From a virus (lineage: Duplodnaviria; Caudoviricetes), in IMG/VR virus record IMGVR_UViG_3300020434_000055: DNA of 64,000 bases; one strand, written 5' to 3'. Shown here one piece after another: positions 40,601-47,662 of the stretch. The translations under genes were made by a program, and so were the position numbers. Every line of letters begins with the position of its first letter. Position 1 is the stretch's first letter. A model generated the notes under the pieces. It had not been told where the DNA came from and did not search any database. It saw only the letters and a program-made list of their open reading frames with translations.

Positions 40601-43289
40601 CATATCCTATCATATCTGTAAAATAAAAAGGATATGTAATTTTTCTTTTATTTTTATTCAGTCTTTTAATTACTTCATCGACCATTTGAGCTGGTGTGCC
40701 GTCAAATCCTAAATTTTTTGCTTGTTCAACAAATAACCTTTTAAATTTTGTGTATTCATGTTGAGAATGTCTTATTGCTTTAACAATATTGGCTTCTTTA
40801 TTACAAAGATGATATAAAGCAAGATTTATTAATCCAGAATGTTGTAGAAATTTTCTTCCATATTTAGATACATTACCTAAATCTCTTAAATTATTGCTAC
40901 CTGGAAACGATCCTTCAAATCCTGGAACTTCATCTACCATTGAATTTACGTGATCTCCTACTTGGCCTAAAGTAAATGTAGACAATTTATCATTTAAAGG
41001 ATTAGACTCAAGATTTTTAGGAAATTCGTAATATCCATTTTTATTTTTTATTGTGGCGCTTTTTGTTTTTAAATGAACTATGTCTCCAGCAGTTAAATCT
41101 TTTGTAAATCTTATATATGCTATACTATTAATTCTATTAATAGCATAATCAGTTGTTAATTTTTTAATTTTATGATTAACAAAAACTGTAACATCTAGGT
41201 CATTTATATCACCACTTTTATCATATACATCTACTGCAAAATCATTAACTAGAGTAGATACATCATATTGTCTAATAACTCTTTGATAACTTTTAACATC
41301 AGCAGTTTCCCAGCCAGACACAACTTTAAAAGTAGTTAAATCTGAATATTTTCTTAATAATCCTGAATTAGTATTTGTTGTTAATACAGTATCCCCAGAT
41401 TGATAAGAAAATGTCTCATTAATTAAATTAAAATCAAAAACAATATCTCCTATATTAGAAACATTTTGATATGTTAAAGGAAATCCTAATTCTGTATCAT
41501 TACTTCCTGTACCTTCTTTATAACTAAAAATTTTATTTCCGAAAAAATTAGTACTTGTATATGTAGATGAATCTGAAAAACTAATACCACTATCATCAAA
41601 TAAATCAAATTTAGGAGACTCATTAACTTTAGTTTTAGCTTGAGTTACTTTCCATTTAGAACCTGTATAATAATACATTTTTCCACTATTAACAGTTCCA
41701 TTTTTAATTAACACAACATCATTAGTAGTTGGAGTGGTGTCCGTAGCTTCTTTAAGAGCAATTTGTTTTGTAACTACACCATCTACAGTAAAATCTATAA
41801 TGTTTACATCATAAATTTTATTATTAACAGTTGAGTCAGTATCAGCAGTAACTAATAACCTCGTACCATGTGCCAATAATGTACCATCTACATAATATCC
41901 TGTTGACCCTTCTATATCAGACATTACATCAGTTGTTTTTGTATCTATTAAAGTAACATTGTCTTTAGCACCAGTACCAAATTGATGTAATTTTAATCCT
42001 GCCTCAAATTCTATAATAGGACGTTGTGCTCTTAATGTTTCATCAAATGTAGGAATTTCTTTATTAATTATTGCACTTGTTTCTATAACTGATTTATGTG
42101 TCCATCTATTATAACGTGACCAAGGGTTTTTATCTGGTGAAGACTTATTAATTACAATATAATCTTTTACAACTGCATATGTTGTTGCTGTTCCAAACCC
42201 TACTCTATCAAATTTTTGAGAATCAAAAGGAACTTCAAAAGTTTGAGAATATACACTAGGAATTTCTAAATCTTTATCTTTAATTAATTTAATAGATTCT
42301 CCTACACCTTCAACATACCATTCATCTGTTTTATATTTGTCTGGTGTTACATTTCCTCTAAAATTAACTTTCATTCCATTTGAAAGTTTTGTTCCATCTT
42401 CAAAAATATAAGTTTTTTTACCTATAAAATCTGCATCTACATTTATAGAAGTGTTTTCACTAATATTATAAATTTTAAATTCACCAAATACATTAATATC
42501 ATTAGCACTACCATAATATAAAAGATCAGGTGCGTTTATAGGTACTGTAAAAGTTACTGTTCCTGATTCTACGTTTTGTGCAGAAACTCCGTCATTATAA
42601 AGATAATCACTACTTAAAGATCTAACAGTTTTAATTGTAAAAGGTAAACCTTGTGTTGATATATCAAAATTATAAGTTTGACCTCTATATAATTTTAAAC
42701 TAGGATTTTGAGTTAACCCATCTGGGGTAAACAAATATGCATAACTATCTACATTGTTTTTAATTTCTACAGTATAGGTACTTTGAACATTTTCTTGTTG
42801 TCCGGTAACACTTACAGTCAATGGACCGTATGTCATCCAATAATATTCTCTAAAATTATAAAATTTGTCCCAATGTATATGAGGTGCCCAAGCATAAAAT
42901 TCTTGTTTATTAAGAATGCTATGATTATCTACATTACCACCTAACGCTTTAATTTGATTAATATAATCAATATAATCTTTATAAAAAATCGTATTATCTA
43001 AATCATCTTTGATTACTGTTCCTGATTCTAATTTATAATTTTCTCTATCAGATGATACTTCAGGTACATAAACATCACTAGTAGTATATGCTTTACTACT
43101 TTTTCTACCATAATAAGCACTTAATTTTTGTACCGATCCTGGTGATAATAATTGATCTACAGTACTATGAAGAAATTTTTCATTTACAGGTGTTCTAAAA
43201 TACTTAGGTAAGAATGCCGCTGTCTGACGCTTTTTGGGATCTGATCCTGCAGGTAAAGGATATTCTTTTTGATTTTTATCGTATGCCAT
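28632..43289 (-). CDS. Giant (4885 aa) virion protein in the gp7 baseplate-wedge position
   Basis: Uninterrupted 14.66-kb ORF coupled to the gp6-like stop. Contains FG-GAP-like propeller repeats, a cupredoxin-like module and GxGY..P.V.I.GGGG.GA repeats typical of large T4-like structural proteins. Confidence 0.7.
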   Translation of the reverse strand: MAYDKNQKEYPLPAGSDPKKRQTAAFLPKYFRTPVNEKFLHSTVDQLLSPGSVQKLSAYYGRKSSKAYTTSDVYVPEVSSDRENYKLESGTVIKDDLDNTIFYKDYIDYINQIKALGGNVDNHSILNKQEFYAWAPHIHWDKFYNFREYYWMTYGPLTVSVTGQQENVQSTYTVEIKNNVDSYAYLFTPDGLTQNPSLKLYRGQTYNFDISTQGLPFTIKTVRSLSSDYLYNDGVSAQNVESGTVTFTVPINAPDLLYYGSANDINVFGEFKIYNISENTSINVDADFIGKKTYIFEDGTKLSNGMKVNFRGNVTPDKYKTDEWYVEGVGESIKLIKDKDLEIPSVYSQTFEVPFDSQKFDRVGFGTATTYAVVKDYIVINKSSPDKNPWSRYNRWTHKSVIETSAIINKEIPTFDETLRAQRPIIEFEAGLKLHQFGTGAKDNVTLIDTKTTDVMSDIEGSTGYYVDGTLLAHGTRLLVTADTDSTVNNKIYDVNIIDFTVDGVVTKQIALKEATDTTPTTNDVVLIKNGTVNSGKMYYYTGSKWKVTQAKTKVNESPKFDLFDDSGISFSDSSTYTSTNFFGNKIFSYKEGTGSNDTELGFPLTYQNVSNIGDIVFDFNLINETFSYQSGDTVLTTNTNSGLLRKYSDLTTFKVVSGWETADVKSYQRVIRQYDVSTLVNDFAVDVYDKSGDINDLDVTVFVNHKIKKLTTDYAINRINSIAYIRFTKDLTAGDIVHLKTKSATIKNKNGYYEFPKNLESNPLNDKLSTFTLGQVGDHVNSMVDEVPGFEGSFPGSNNLRDLGNVSKYGRKFLQHSGLINLALYHLCNKEANIVKAIRHSQHEYTKFKRLFVEQAKNLGFDGTPAQMVDEVIKRLNKNKRKITYPFYFTDMIGYGGAKKTTFTITDPGNPYYQLTNVFSLDELSSKSILIYKNDAQLLHDTDYTFTTEGFIKIKSTLILNDILTIVEYESTNGCFIPATPTKLGLYPKFIPSKYSDTTAITPVNVIQGHDGNISVAYDDYRDDLLLELEKRIYNNIKVKYDTEIFNLTDFVPGEYRKTDYSLSAINKSLLIDFTNWLSYVDNIDYTTNSYHSGTDSFTYNYGYMSSPDGNPLLGHWRGVYKHAYDTDRPHTHPWEMLGFVGKPTWWDTTYGSAPYTSDNLILWQDLQDGVIREPDKNVVIKDEYKRPDLLKHIPVNSSGEVISPLDSNFAQEYVQEFTRNPFKFGDHSPVENAWRRSSDYPFAIITAWLVNQPSHVMSLGFDRSRVIRNSAKQIVYKDTSSRFKLANLKFPNSVNDKTVVHTSGLINYIFEYIETDVLTNYTDYRNNVKKITNQLGFKIRGYTKKDKFKLLLDSKSPTNTGSVFVPDENYQIIYNTSSPIDILTYSGLIIEKLTSGFTIKGYDKNDPTLKYFAPITKSMDPEFTIGGISASYVNWAENKRYDVGMIAKFSNDFYSTKEQHMSGTTFDDTKFILLKELPVEGGSSARFSQNFETTTSEIAYGTLFRKIQDVVDFILGYGKYLESKGFQFNEFNRDIGSVANWQLSAKEFLFWTTQNWGEGSVISLSPLANKLTLKTEYSVGDNVFDNFYDYTLFKEDGTKFDKEFIRVVKKYNDYELLTKNTINGIYYAKIPLVQKEHVALIDNTTVFNDTIYNPETGYRQDRIKILGYITEDWTGGLNIPGFIYDHALVVDWVPYTDYAMSDLVKHKEYYYTARNKIKGSATFDDEEWSKLEGRPKADLLPNFEYKTNQFADFYDLDTDNFDSSQQRMAQHLIGYQKRQYLQNIINDDVSQYKFYQGFIQDKGTKNSLTKLFDALSSADKDSVEFYEEWAIRKGHYGVTQGFEEVEYILDESKFRLNPQPIELTNTIDSTTTDLVIRQKDNETYLKPEGYAHTPFPTKYIKDTYLRTAGPVDPSDIDFTIANYDDILTMDTSVLKEGNYIWIGDHNNTWNVVKFSNSKQKITLITLDSNKLVKVTTQNNAEITVGEIFTIRVGDSTYTLKANKVELNVITCDENESVVAVDPAVGYISRFVSSRIATISDINSKINDSGLQSNEKFWVDQNDNEKWAVLNNKFVYKTHQEISNPNVTVNTLFGQVLSANDSNTILVVGAPNESDGKVYIFKRPSDATTATLVQAIDCPTQDSILNSLEVFDAGSKYGSSVAISSDGKYLMVGAPEASNVKTYYKGDYDVANTYVIGDIVKYKQQLWRVVNPILAEDPSVDFTTFDSHAHAKESTYDSNTGNYDPISSIIVGNYIFPNTTTDHLLIRASLDQYQGTAVGDKLQLKWNGFNTFVPPSGSAYEPFNGVDANVTAVLTGSQVIQEKIDDILNVPDTLNSLYGGETVSTDTADGTVAYVHQEGTQSIIYLKNVKGNFSTTDSLKAGSINVGTYIRAFTEDYAYVGGWWKIDVGATINTSLGAETNPYLVVQDIIRQGITRTLNEYFNVLGISQNTPSPGVVRTSEIGILSYEKTYSIQGQPVVTGLITDSRFFLRVGPGVMTGKVAGNTVNAWLNTLRDNQNSVFSPSIMGLDFADINKELTINDVWNGWITVDAQADNLGNFYVPIVGDNIKDDTSGSTAEVTYVKTIEFNRLQLFLKNASGIFFQGSDAGAPTDIILLGTPNRKVGVLKEAQIDTLGQGGPYFVFDSGKTLKSTTLADIEVRHFDLEYWFWDESTLDGVARTAEIPGNTNKNYLQVYNIIAGDGYKSAKSNQGAYVIYELGTSGDFEYNGTYIVPDTKDNLGLGSKIEIRKVGDETVAYVGAKGNLISNNAGKIYFIKKSNTKNWWLGTNELYMGVFDPTLTYAEGDLVIYNLELYKAKTNLSPNAWDESFWTLQSTGTDYLGYVPNDTGLTLEGDSTLNQSNLVMFGEQFDINSTGTVIVSNLLYGNDAQKVAVYRLQNGYYTYSQTITTPEDSSPNINFANSVSISKDGTIIAIGSPKKDFVNSVDAGIVYTYLQQDGVFVLNQSLVSPDSENSENFGHQLGFDGTTLAVTSLKGDMQVNTAFDSTTTVFDTGATTFYKIMSDSGVVHLFEISGNSLLYAEKFAYANDGIVEFGNNLLVKDNHIYVGLPSLTLPDKNAGTIVDFRKTKGASSWTQTAEGVDQVDVDKIKSVFIYNKRTNVVTTNLDYIDPVLGKIPGVAEEELYYKTYYDPAVYNTATASVVIDENNYWASEQVGRLWWDLSTAKYYYPYQSNIIFNNNYWNKQFVGSSIDVYEWVESDYKPSEWDQYKDTSEGVALGVTGTTKYVDNAYVTRNVYDKIAQITTPKYYYWVKNKQSVPELEYRNLSAESIAKLIDNPKGQGYKYVTFFSNNKFALVNCDSQLDGLDTVLNVRYWTIANQELNIHNEYQIMAEGLETSMPSKEIEKVWFNSLIGYDENFNSVPDKGLSPKLRYGTLHKPRQGWFINHQEAFKQVIEKINSVLLTHLIVDELDLSPLTKSDPLPSTYTRLYDKTVDVVGDLDFVGVSQVKQASLMPIIKNGKVTSVSILDPGKAYKTIPTYEIIGDNGKGAVIELAIDGDGKITSAIVKASGENYTAAAKIVVRKFSVLVSSDIGIAGKWAIHSYDTDLSSWNRTSSQKYNVDLYWKYVDWYDVGYSQFTVIDYAISQSYLLDSLSDEVGDIVKIENIGSGGWLILEKIDDQPNVDYTVNYKTVGRQNGTIAFEDSLYNFTSSTVGYESTSYDTVLYDRQPVIEARTILETLRDKIFVDDLKVEYNKLFFSSLRYAFSENKLIDFAFKTSFVKAKHNVGDLKQKVTYQNDNLSSFEDYIKEAKPYKTNVREYVSSYEEMQPSSSVVTDFDLAPAYNDLKQIEPNTAKVIDSALVGTQKIISYPAKHWLNNVGFKITSINVGSAGDGYTNAPVVNITGGGGSGATAVSYINNGKVTSIEITKEGEGYLSAPTVTLQGGTLGTTARASAVLGSSLVKSTHLTVKFDRTTGTFLITSLARTETFTGNNSKLDYYLKWPMDLKSNTIKVTVNNVESLTSEYTFTNILDKTKEYNRYIGHIQFTLPPANLHAIKVEYTIDAFVLQAQDRITLFYKPTEGMPGNQLAQILDGIDYGGVEVRALGFDTSTGWDSDPYMSGSWDTYDTAYEDEVLRMDGSTNVITLSKPLESGVVYNVYKNGIRIDDPNYGTSTPVTNTNAMIQSITGDDSTQSIAFDTVPTVDGDIIVVRKSTSDGSFLPDPGDYDTLLEGGDLAYSTATGLKAEDIIVEGDDFVSPTTSKGPEEFIPGQVLDTVDIQVYDKGGETGSKINSYNYIGDGVNEAFFFDEYPQSANAIFVTVDNILQESNLYTVNYQNKKIDFVTAPGLNSKVNFITMSNNGEKILDFDTFTADGSTTDFVTRAVWIPNSINTFVRVNGQVVSYTIFESDSSYALQNRVVVRFATAPVQNDVVSIVVYASTSQTFSEVTQDNFVGDGSTNTFQLSQTPFNKKPLSYNVVVKVGDKILNAGFNKVFTIDNNREYEFETWQQLPGTILPADVRAFLNGVEISQGSQYIWNAGTSSITLITGVGEIGDTLKVFGMSNGDYTLNETTGVITINNAPAQSETITVYQFSNHDIAKIERINYDVVARLSITVGTDDYYLYQQLTNGLIKLRQLAEDAQYVWVSVNGDMLAPSVDYKVTNDQMYLKINRRLAKDDVIDIVHFTAPRFIGKFGYRQFKDMMNKTHYKRLGNNNKFFLASNLLWSDQSIEFIDATELTQPSIGSRNPGVLFIDGERIEYYMKSGNTVSQLRRGTFGTGVPNTHIIGTEVFDQGQFQTVPYKDEFLTEVYTADGSTNIITIGFTPNNVNEFELFVGGKRMKKTPISAYDPANGQDSPEADTIIPAEFSVDGTSARITLTQTPVVDTKILIVRKIGKKWQTGTDPLSQTKNDIARFLRQKEVALPQ

Positions 43290-46200
43290 TAGTATCCACT
43301 TCCACTACTGGCTCCTGTTGAACTCACCACTCCAGTACTGGTCGAGGATGTTGACGATACAACTTTGCCAGATGATTTAATTTTAGCCGCCGTTACAGCA
43401 TCTATAATTTCTATATTATCTAACGTTGTTCCACTAACAAAGATTTCATCACTTTCAGATTTAACTTCATAAAGACTACCGAAAGTTTGTGTTGTTTCAT
43501 TAGGTACAATAATGAAAATTGAAATATCTGGAGCTAATTGAGTCATTACGTAAGCACTCAATTCTGAGAAATAAAATGTTTCCCCAAAATCCCAATTATC
43601 TAATGCAAAAAATTCGTCAATAGCAAGTTTAATTCTACTTTTAATATCACTATCGTTAGTTACTTCACCTACATTTTTAACAACTTTAAATGAAGCCTGA
43701 AAATTAGTTTCTGCTTGTGATCCAAATAAAATTTTATATTTTACAGGATGATATATAATTTCATCACTAATAGATTTTACTGAAGCAAGTTCTGTACCAT
43801 AATTATTGAATAAACTAGAACTACTAGGAGGTAAAGGTTTTATAGAAAGTGTACCATCTAACCATTGTCTAAAATTAGTATTATAAGTTTTAGTTACTAC
43901 ATATAAATCCATAATATTAGTTGAACTAGGATCTAATCTAGTATCACCATCTACAGTATGTACGTATTGAAATTTAAGTTTATCTCGACCTATATGTTGT
44001 TTATAATCAGTTGTATCCGTAAGTGTATTAGAAGTACCGTTTACTATTTTAAATGCATCTTCATCTGCTAGATAAATTACGCTATCATCAACATAGGTAC
44101 TATATGCACCTATGGCACTTGTATTTTGTTTCACAATAATACTTTCTGTTGTTGCATCAACATATCTCCAATCTTCTACATTTGATGATGTATATCTTTT
44201 TTGAAAAATATATTTTGTAAGAGGATTGATAGAAGAAGCAACGACATCATCAAATGCTGTTGGATTATCTACAATACCGTCTTGATCTGAATCATAATGA
44301 GTTAATTCTATTTTTTTACTATCTACATAACCATTTACATCTCTATATTCTTTAGTAATATTAAATACGACTTCATTAGTCATTGGCGTTATTACATCAG
44401 GAGCAGTGTTTATGCTTAATACAGAAATTTTATCTTGTAATGTTTTTCCTGTTTTATAATCATAATTTCTATCTGCACTATCAAAAAAGAATCTAATTTC
44501 TTTGTCACTTTCAAATATATAACGCATACCTCTTGACGTCATAGTATATGTTTCACCATTATTGGTAAACAAAAGTATCCAACTAGAATCTAATTGCATA
44601 TTACTAGAGTCACCTGTTTTTCCTGTGCTAAATGTACCATAAATGTTAAGATTGTTTTCATCAATTACTTTCCAATTTCTTGATGATACATCATATCTTA
44701 AAGCAAAAGTTTTGTATGAATAAATTTGATCAATTAATTGAATTTTTATATCATTAGTAAGATATTTGTTAAATTTTGGAAGAATCTGTGTTAATATTGC
44801 ATTGCTTGGTATAATATCATTAAATTTAATTGCGCCTGATCCATCTGTATCGTTTGTTGTACCATCCCCTAAAACACTAACTACACCTGTCCATTTGTAA
44901 GTAGATGAACCACCATGATCGGCATCGCCCGCCATTAATGTTCCATCAGACATAAAATGATAACCTGTTGGCGCTTCAAATTTACAAAGTGCCCCTGCTT
45001 CTAAGTATTTTAATTGACTTGCTGTATATGAACCTACATCATATTTCGTTGCATTTGCATCTTGAAAATAACCTGTACTTAAATTTGTATCTTTAGTTAC
45101 TTGAGTCCACGTAGGAAGAAGATCAGTTAATAAAATTTTTGGAAATTTATCAGTATAAAAATTAAAAATTCGTTTAGTCGCCAATCCAGGTTCTATAGTA
45201 TTAATAATAACTCCGTCAATGTCTGTCCGTGTAGAAAAAGTAAAAGTACCTAAATCGTCTACATTTTCTTTATAAACTACTCCGTCATTACCATATAAAT
45301 TAGTATTACTATATTTTCCTGTAGCATCTAATAAATCAAAATATCTAGATATACCACTTGATGTTCTATTGACAGCTTTAATTTTTAAAATTTCTTGATT
45401 TTTTGTTAATGGTACAATATTATAATCTTCTCCTGTAATCATTCTATTTTGTGTATAATAAGTGGAAGGAGCATTTGTACGTATTTCTGCATTTGTTTCA
45501 GAAGTAGTTGCATTATCTACTGTATATTTTAATCCCATAGTTAATGATAATGTTTCTGTTTTATTATTTTCACTAACATAAGGAATATCAATTTGAATAT
45601 TTTGCATATCTTCAGGAATTATTTTAAATCTTCTATTATCACTTACTCTATAATAAACTTTAAATGATCCTTGAGGTAAATTCCCAAAAACTCCATCAGA
45701 AAATTGTAATCTTACTCTATCATCTGTTTTAGTAATAACAGAATATATATTTCTAATATTTTTAGCAGTACTATTATAAATTGCATTATTACCTTCAGTT
45801 GATGAAAGTTGTTCCCAAAGTGCGGTTTCTATATTAAATTCATTTACAGAATACAACCAAATATCTGTATTATTAATATTAGTAGAATCTATATCAACTG
45901 CTTGATTTGAACTAGGATTATCAATTGCATAATCTCCTGAATCTAAAACACCTTGTCTAAAATGCATAAAGAATCCAGTATTATTACTTCCATTACCTCT
46001 ACCATCATCTCTATGTACTAAAGATGTTTGTCTTCCGGCTAATGGAGCTTCTTCTGTTATAGTTAATTCATCTGTTGTAGTTGAAACTATTTCAAAATCA
46101 GTATTTTTACCATCTATATTTTTTGCAAAACTATACACTGGTACAAGACTTGATACAGAAGTAAATTTATATTGATGTGTTGGTATACCATCTATTGTTG

Positions 46201-46729
46201 TTTTTCGAACTGGTTTTCCAAATTTTTCATTAACTGGTAAAGCAACATTTAAAACTTTTATAAATTGTTCGTACCAATTAGCATTACTAGGATCATTCCA
46301 TGATACAGATTGATTTGATAAATTTAAATTATTACTATCTAATAAATCTTCTGTAGTTGATATTGCATCTATCTTAAGAATTCCATTTGCCGCTTGATTT
46401 CTTGTAGCATTATAACTGAGTAATCTTGCTAATCTTAAAATTGATTCTCTTCTTTCTGCTAATTCTAAATAATTTTCTCTTGCATTTAAATCTATTCTAA
46501 AAGCAATATTTTGACTTAAAAATGCAATCATATCTATTAATGCTAGATATTCACTACTTTCAATATAATCATTAAAATCTTCTGGATAATTTTGTCTTAA
46601 ATAGGTGATTAAAGTTCTTCGAATTGTATTAAAATCATAACTTTTAAATTCAGCATTTTTATAAGTCTGATAAATTCTTTTCCAATCTTCTGCTAATAAT
46701 AATCTATTTTGTCTATCTGTAGATGACAT
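43289..46729 (-). CDS. gp6: Baseplate wedge subunit, T4 gp6-like (1146 aa)
   Basis: YDFNTIRRTLITYLRQNYPEDFNDYIESS, LAERRESILRLARLLSY, QNRMITGEDY. Confidence 0.85.
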   Translation of the reverse strand: MSSTDRQNRLLLAEDWKRIYQTYKNAEFKSYDFNTIRRTLITYLRQNYPEDFNDYIESSEYLALIDMIAFLSQNIAFRIDLNARENYLELAERRESILRLARLLSYNATRNQAANGILKIDAISTTEDLLDSNNLNLSNQSVSWNDPSNANWYEQFIKVLNVALPVNEKFGKPVRKTTIDGIPTHQYKFTSVSSLVPVYSFAKNIDGKNTDFEIVSTTTDELTITEEAPLAGRQTSLVHRDDGRGNGSNNTGFFMHFRQGVLDSGDYAIDNPSSNQAVDIDSTNINNTDIWLYSVNEFNIETALWEQLSSTEGNNAIYNSTAKNIRNIYSVITKTDDRVRLQFSDGVFGNLPQGSFKVYYRVSDNRRFKIIPEDMQNIQIDIPYVSENNKTETLSLTMGLKYTVDNATTSETNAEIRTNAPSTYYTQNRMITGEDYNIVPLTKNQEILKIKAVNRTSSGISRYFDLLDATGKYSNTNLYGNDGVVYKENVDDLGTFTFSTRTDIDGVIINTIEPGLATKRIFNFYTDKFPKILLTDLLPTWTQVTKDTNLSTGYFQDANATKYDVGSYTASQLKYLEAGALCKFEAPTGYHFMSDGTLMAGDADHGGSSTYKWTGVVSVLGDGTTNDTDGSGAIKFNDIIPSNAILTQILPKFNKYLTNDIKIQLIDQIYSYKTFALRYDVSSRNWKVIDENNLNIYGTFSTGKTGDSSNMQLDSSWILLFTNNGETYTMTSRGMRYIFESDKEIRFFFDSADRNYDYKTGKTLQDKISVLSINTAPDVITPMTNEVVFNITKEYRDVNGYVDSKKIELTHYDSDQDGIVDNPTAFDDVVASSINPLTKYIFQKRYTSSNVEDWRYVDATTESIIVKQNTSAIGAYSTYVDDSVIYLADEDAFKIVNGTSNTLTDTTDYKQHIGRDKLKFQYVHTVDGDTRLDPSSTNIMDLYVVTKTYNTNFRQWLDGTLSIKPLPPSSSSLFNNYGTELASVKSISDEIIYHPVKYKILFGSQAETNFQASFKVVKNVGEVTNDSDIKSRIKLAIDEFFALDNWDFGETFYFSELSAYVMTQLAPDISIFIIVPNETTQTFGSLYEVKSESDEIFVSGTTLDNIEIIDAVTAAKIKSSGKVVSSTSSTSTGVVSSTGASSGSGY

Positions 46730-46833
46730 TATTTCCCTTTTGGTCTTACAATTGTTTGCGTAGACCCATCTGTTAAAGTTACAGTTGTAATAGTGTAACT
46801 ATTGTTTTGTGTATATGTAAAACTGCTAATCAT
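46729..46833 (-). CDS. Unannotated 34-aa microprotein (MISSFTYTQNNSYTITTVTLTDGSTQTIVRPKGK)
   Basis: Translated by hand. Preceded by TAAATA (46860-46855) and AGGA 7 nt before the ATG; its TAA overlaps the gp6 ATG (TAATG). Confidence 0.6.
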   Translation of the reverse strand: MISSFTYTQNNSYTITTVTLTDGSTQTIVRPKGK

Positions 46834-46840
46834 TAATATG

Positions 46841-46860
46841 TCCTATTTTAAGTATATTTA
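46841..46860 (-). promoter_or_regulatory. TAAATA late promoter plus AGGA SD
   Basis: The minus strand reads TAAATATACTTAAAATAGGA-catatta-ATG. Confidence 0.55.
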
Positions 46861-46889
46861 TTTCCTCTCTATAACTACCCAGTTAATTT

Positions 46890-47333
46890 CTAAATTAAAC
46901 CAGCGGCCTCATCAAATTTCATCCTTAAACTTTCTGATATATTATAAGGAAGATAGGTTAAATTGCATTCAATTTGTATACCACTTTCATATGAAGTAAT
47001 TGCTATACCTTCAGCCTGAATTCTTGGGTCAAAATTGATTATGTTAGAAACATCTTCTTCTATAACTTCTTTTAATCTTTCTGTTAATGGTTCATGAAGA
47101 ATATCCCATATTATTGTCCCAAATTCTGGATTTTCTAATTTTTCTCCCTGCCTAATATGAAAATGATTAATTAAATCTTGTTTAATTAAAGCAATGTCGT
47201 GAAGTGTAAAACTATTATTATCAGAATTAGCCGTACTAATTCCTTTATAATGCCTTTGAAAAGCCGGTGCTTTAGGTTTTTCATTAGACTTAACACTAAT
47301 TTGTTTATATAAATCTTTTTCTTTTGTGCTCAT
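46890..47333 (-). CDS. gp25: Baseplate wedge subunit gp25-like
   Basis: IKQDLINHFHIRQGEKLENPEFGT...FDPRI is the GPW/gp25 signature. Confidence 0.9.
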   Translation of the reverse strand: MSTKEKDLYKQISVKSNEKPKAPAFQRHYKGISTANSDNNSFTLHDIALIKQDLINHFHIRQGEKLENPEFGTIIWDILHEPLTERLKEVIEEDVSNIINFDPRIQAEGIAITSYESGIQIECNLTYLPYNISESLRMKFDEAAGLI

Positions 47334-47341
47334 ATAATTAT

Positions 47342-47653
47342 TTAACCTCCTGCAAAAACGTTACTTGAACCTGTTGTAATATCTTCCGATCCATTATATT
47401 TTGAACCTAATGTAGCAACATTTAGATTATTAGCAAATACTGTAGGCTGATAATCCGCGTCTAGTGGCGGAGAATGAGATGGACACGGCGGTAATGGTGG
47501 CCAAGTATGTGTAGTAACTAAATCAGTTTTACGAACAACACCGATATTATTAGCAAATACGTTACCCGAACATTCATTTGTAGTTGTTGTTCCAGTACAC
47601 ACGTGATTTGTAGCTACTGTATCTGTTGTATCTCCTCTTGCTACTTTTGGCAT
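47342..47653 (-). CDS. PAAR-domain spike tip (T4 gp5.4-like)
   Basis: VARGD..D...H.C...SGNVFANNIGVVRKTD..H...C.H...TGSSNVFAG. Confidence 0.9.
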   Translation of the reverse strand: MPKVARGDTTDTVATNHVCTGTTTTNECSGNVFANNIGVVRKTDLVTTHTWPPLPPCPSHSPPLDADYQPTVFANNLNVATLGSKYNGSEDITTGSSNVFAGG

Positions 47654-47662
47654 ATATCTCCT

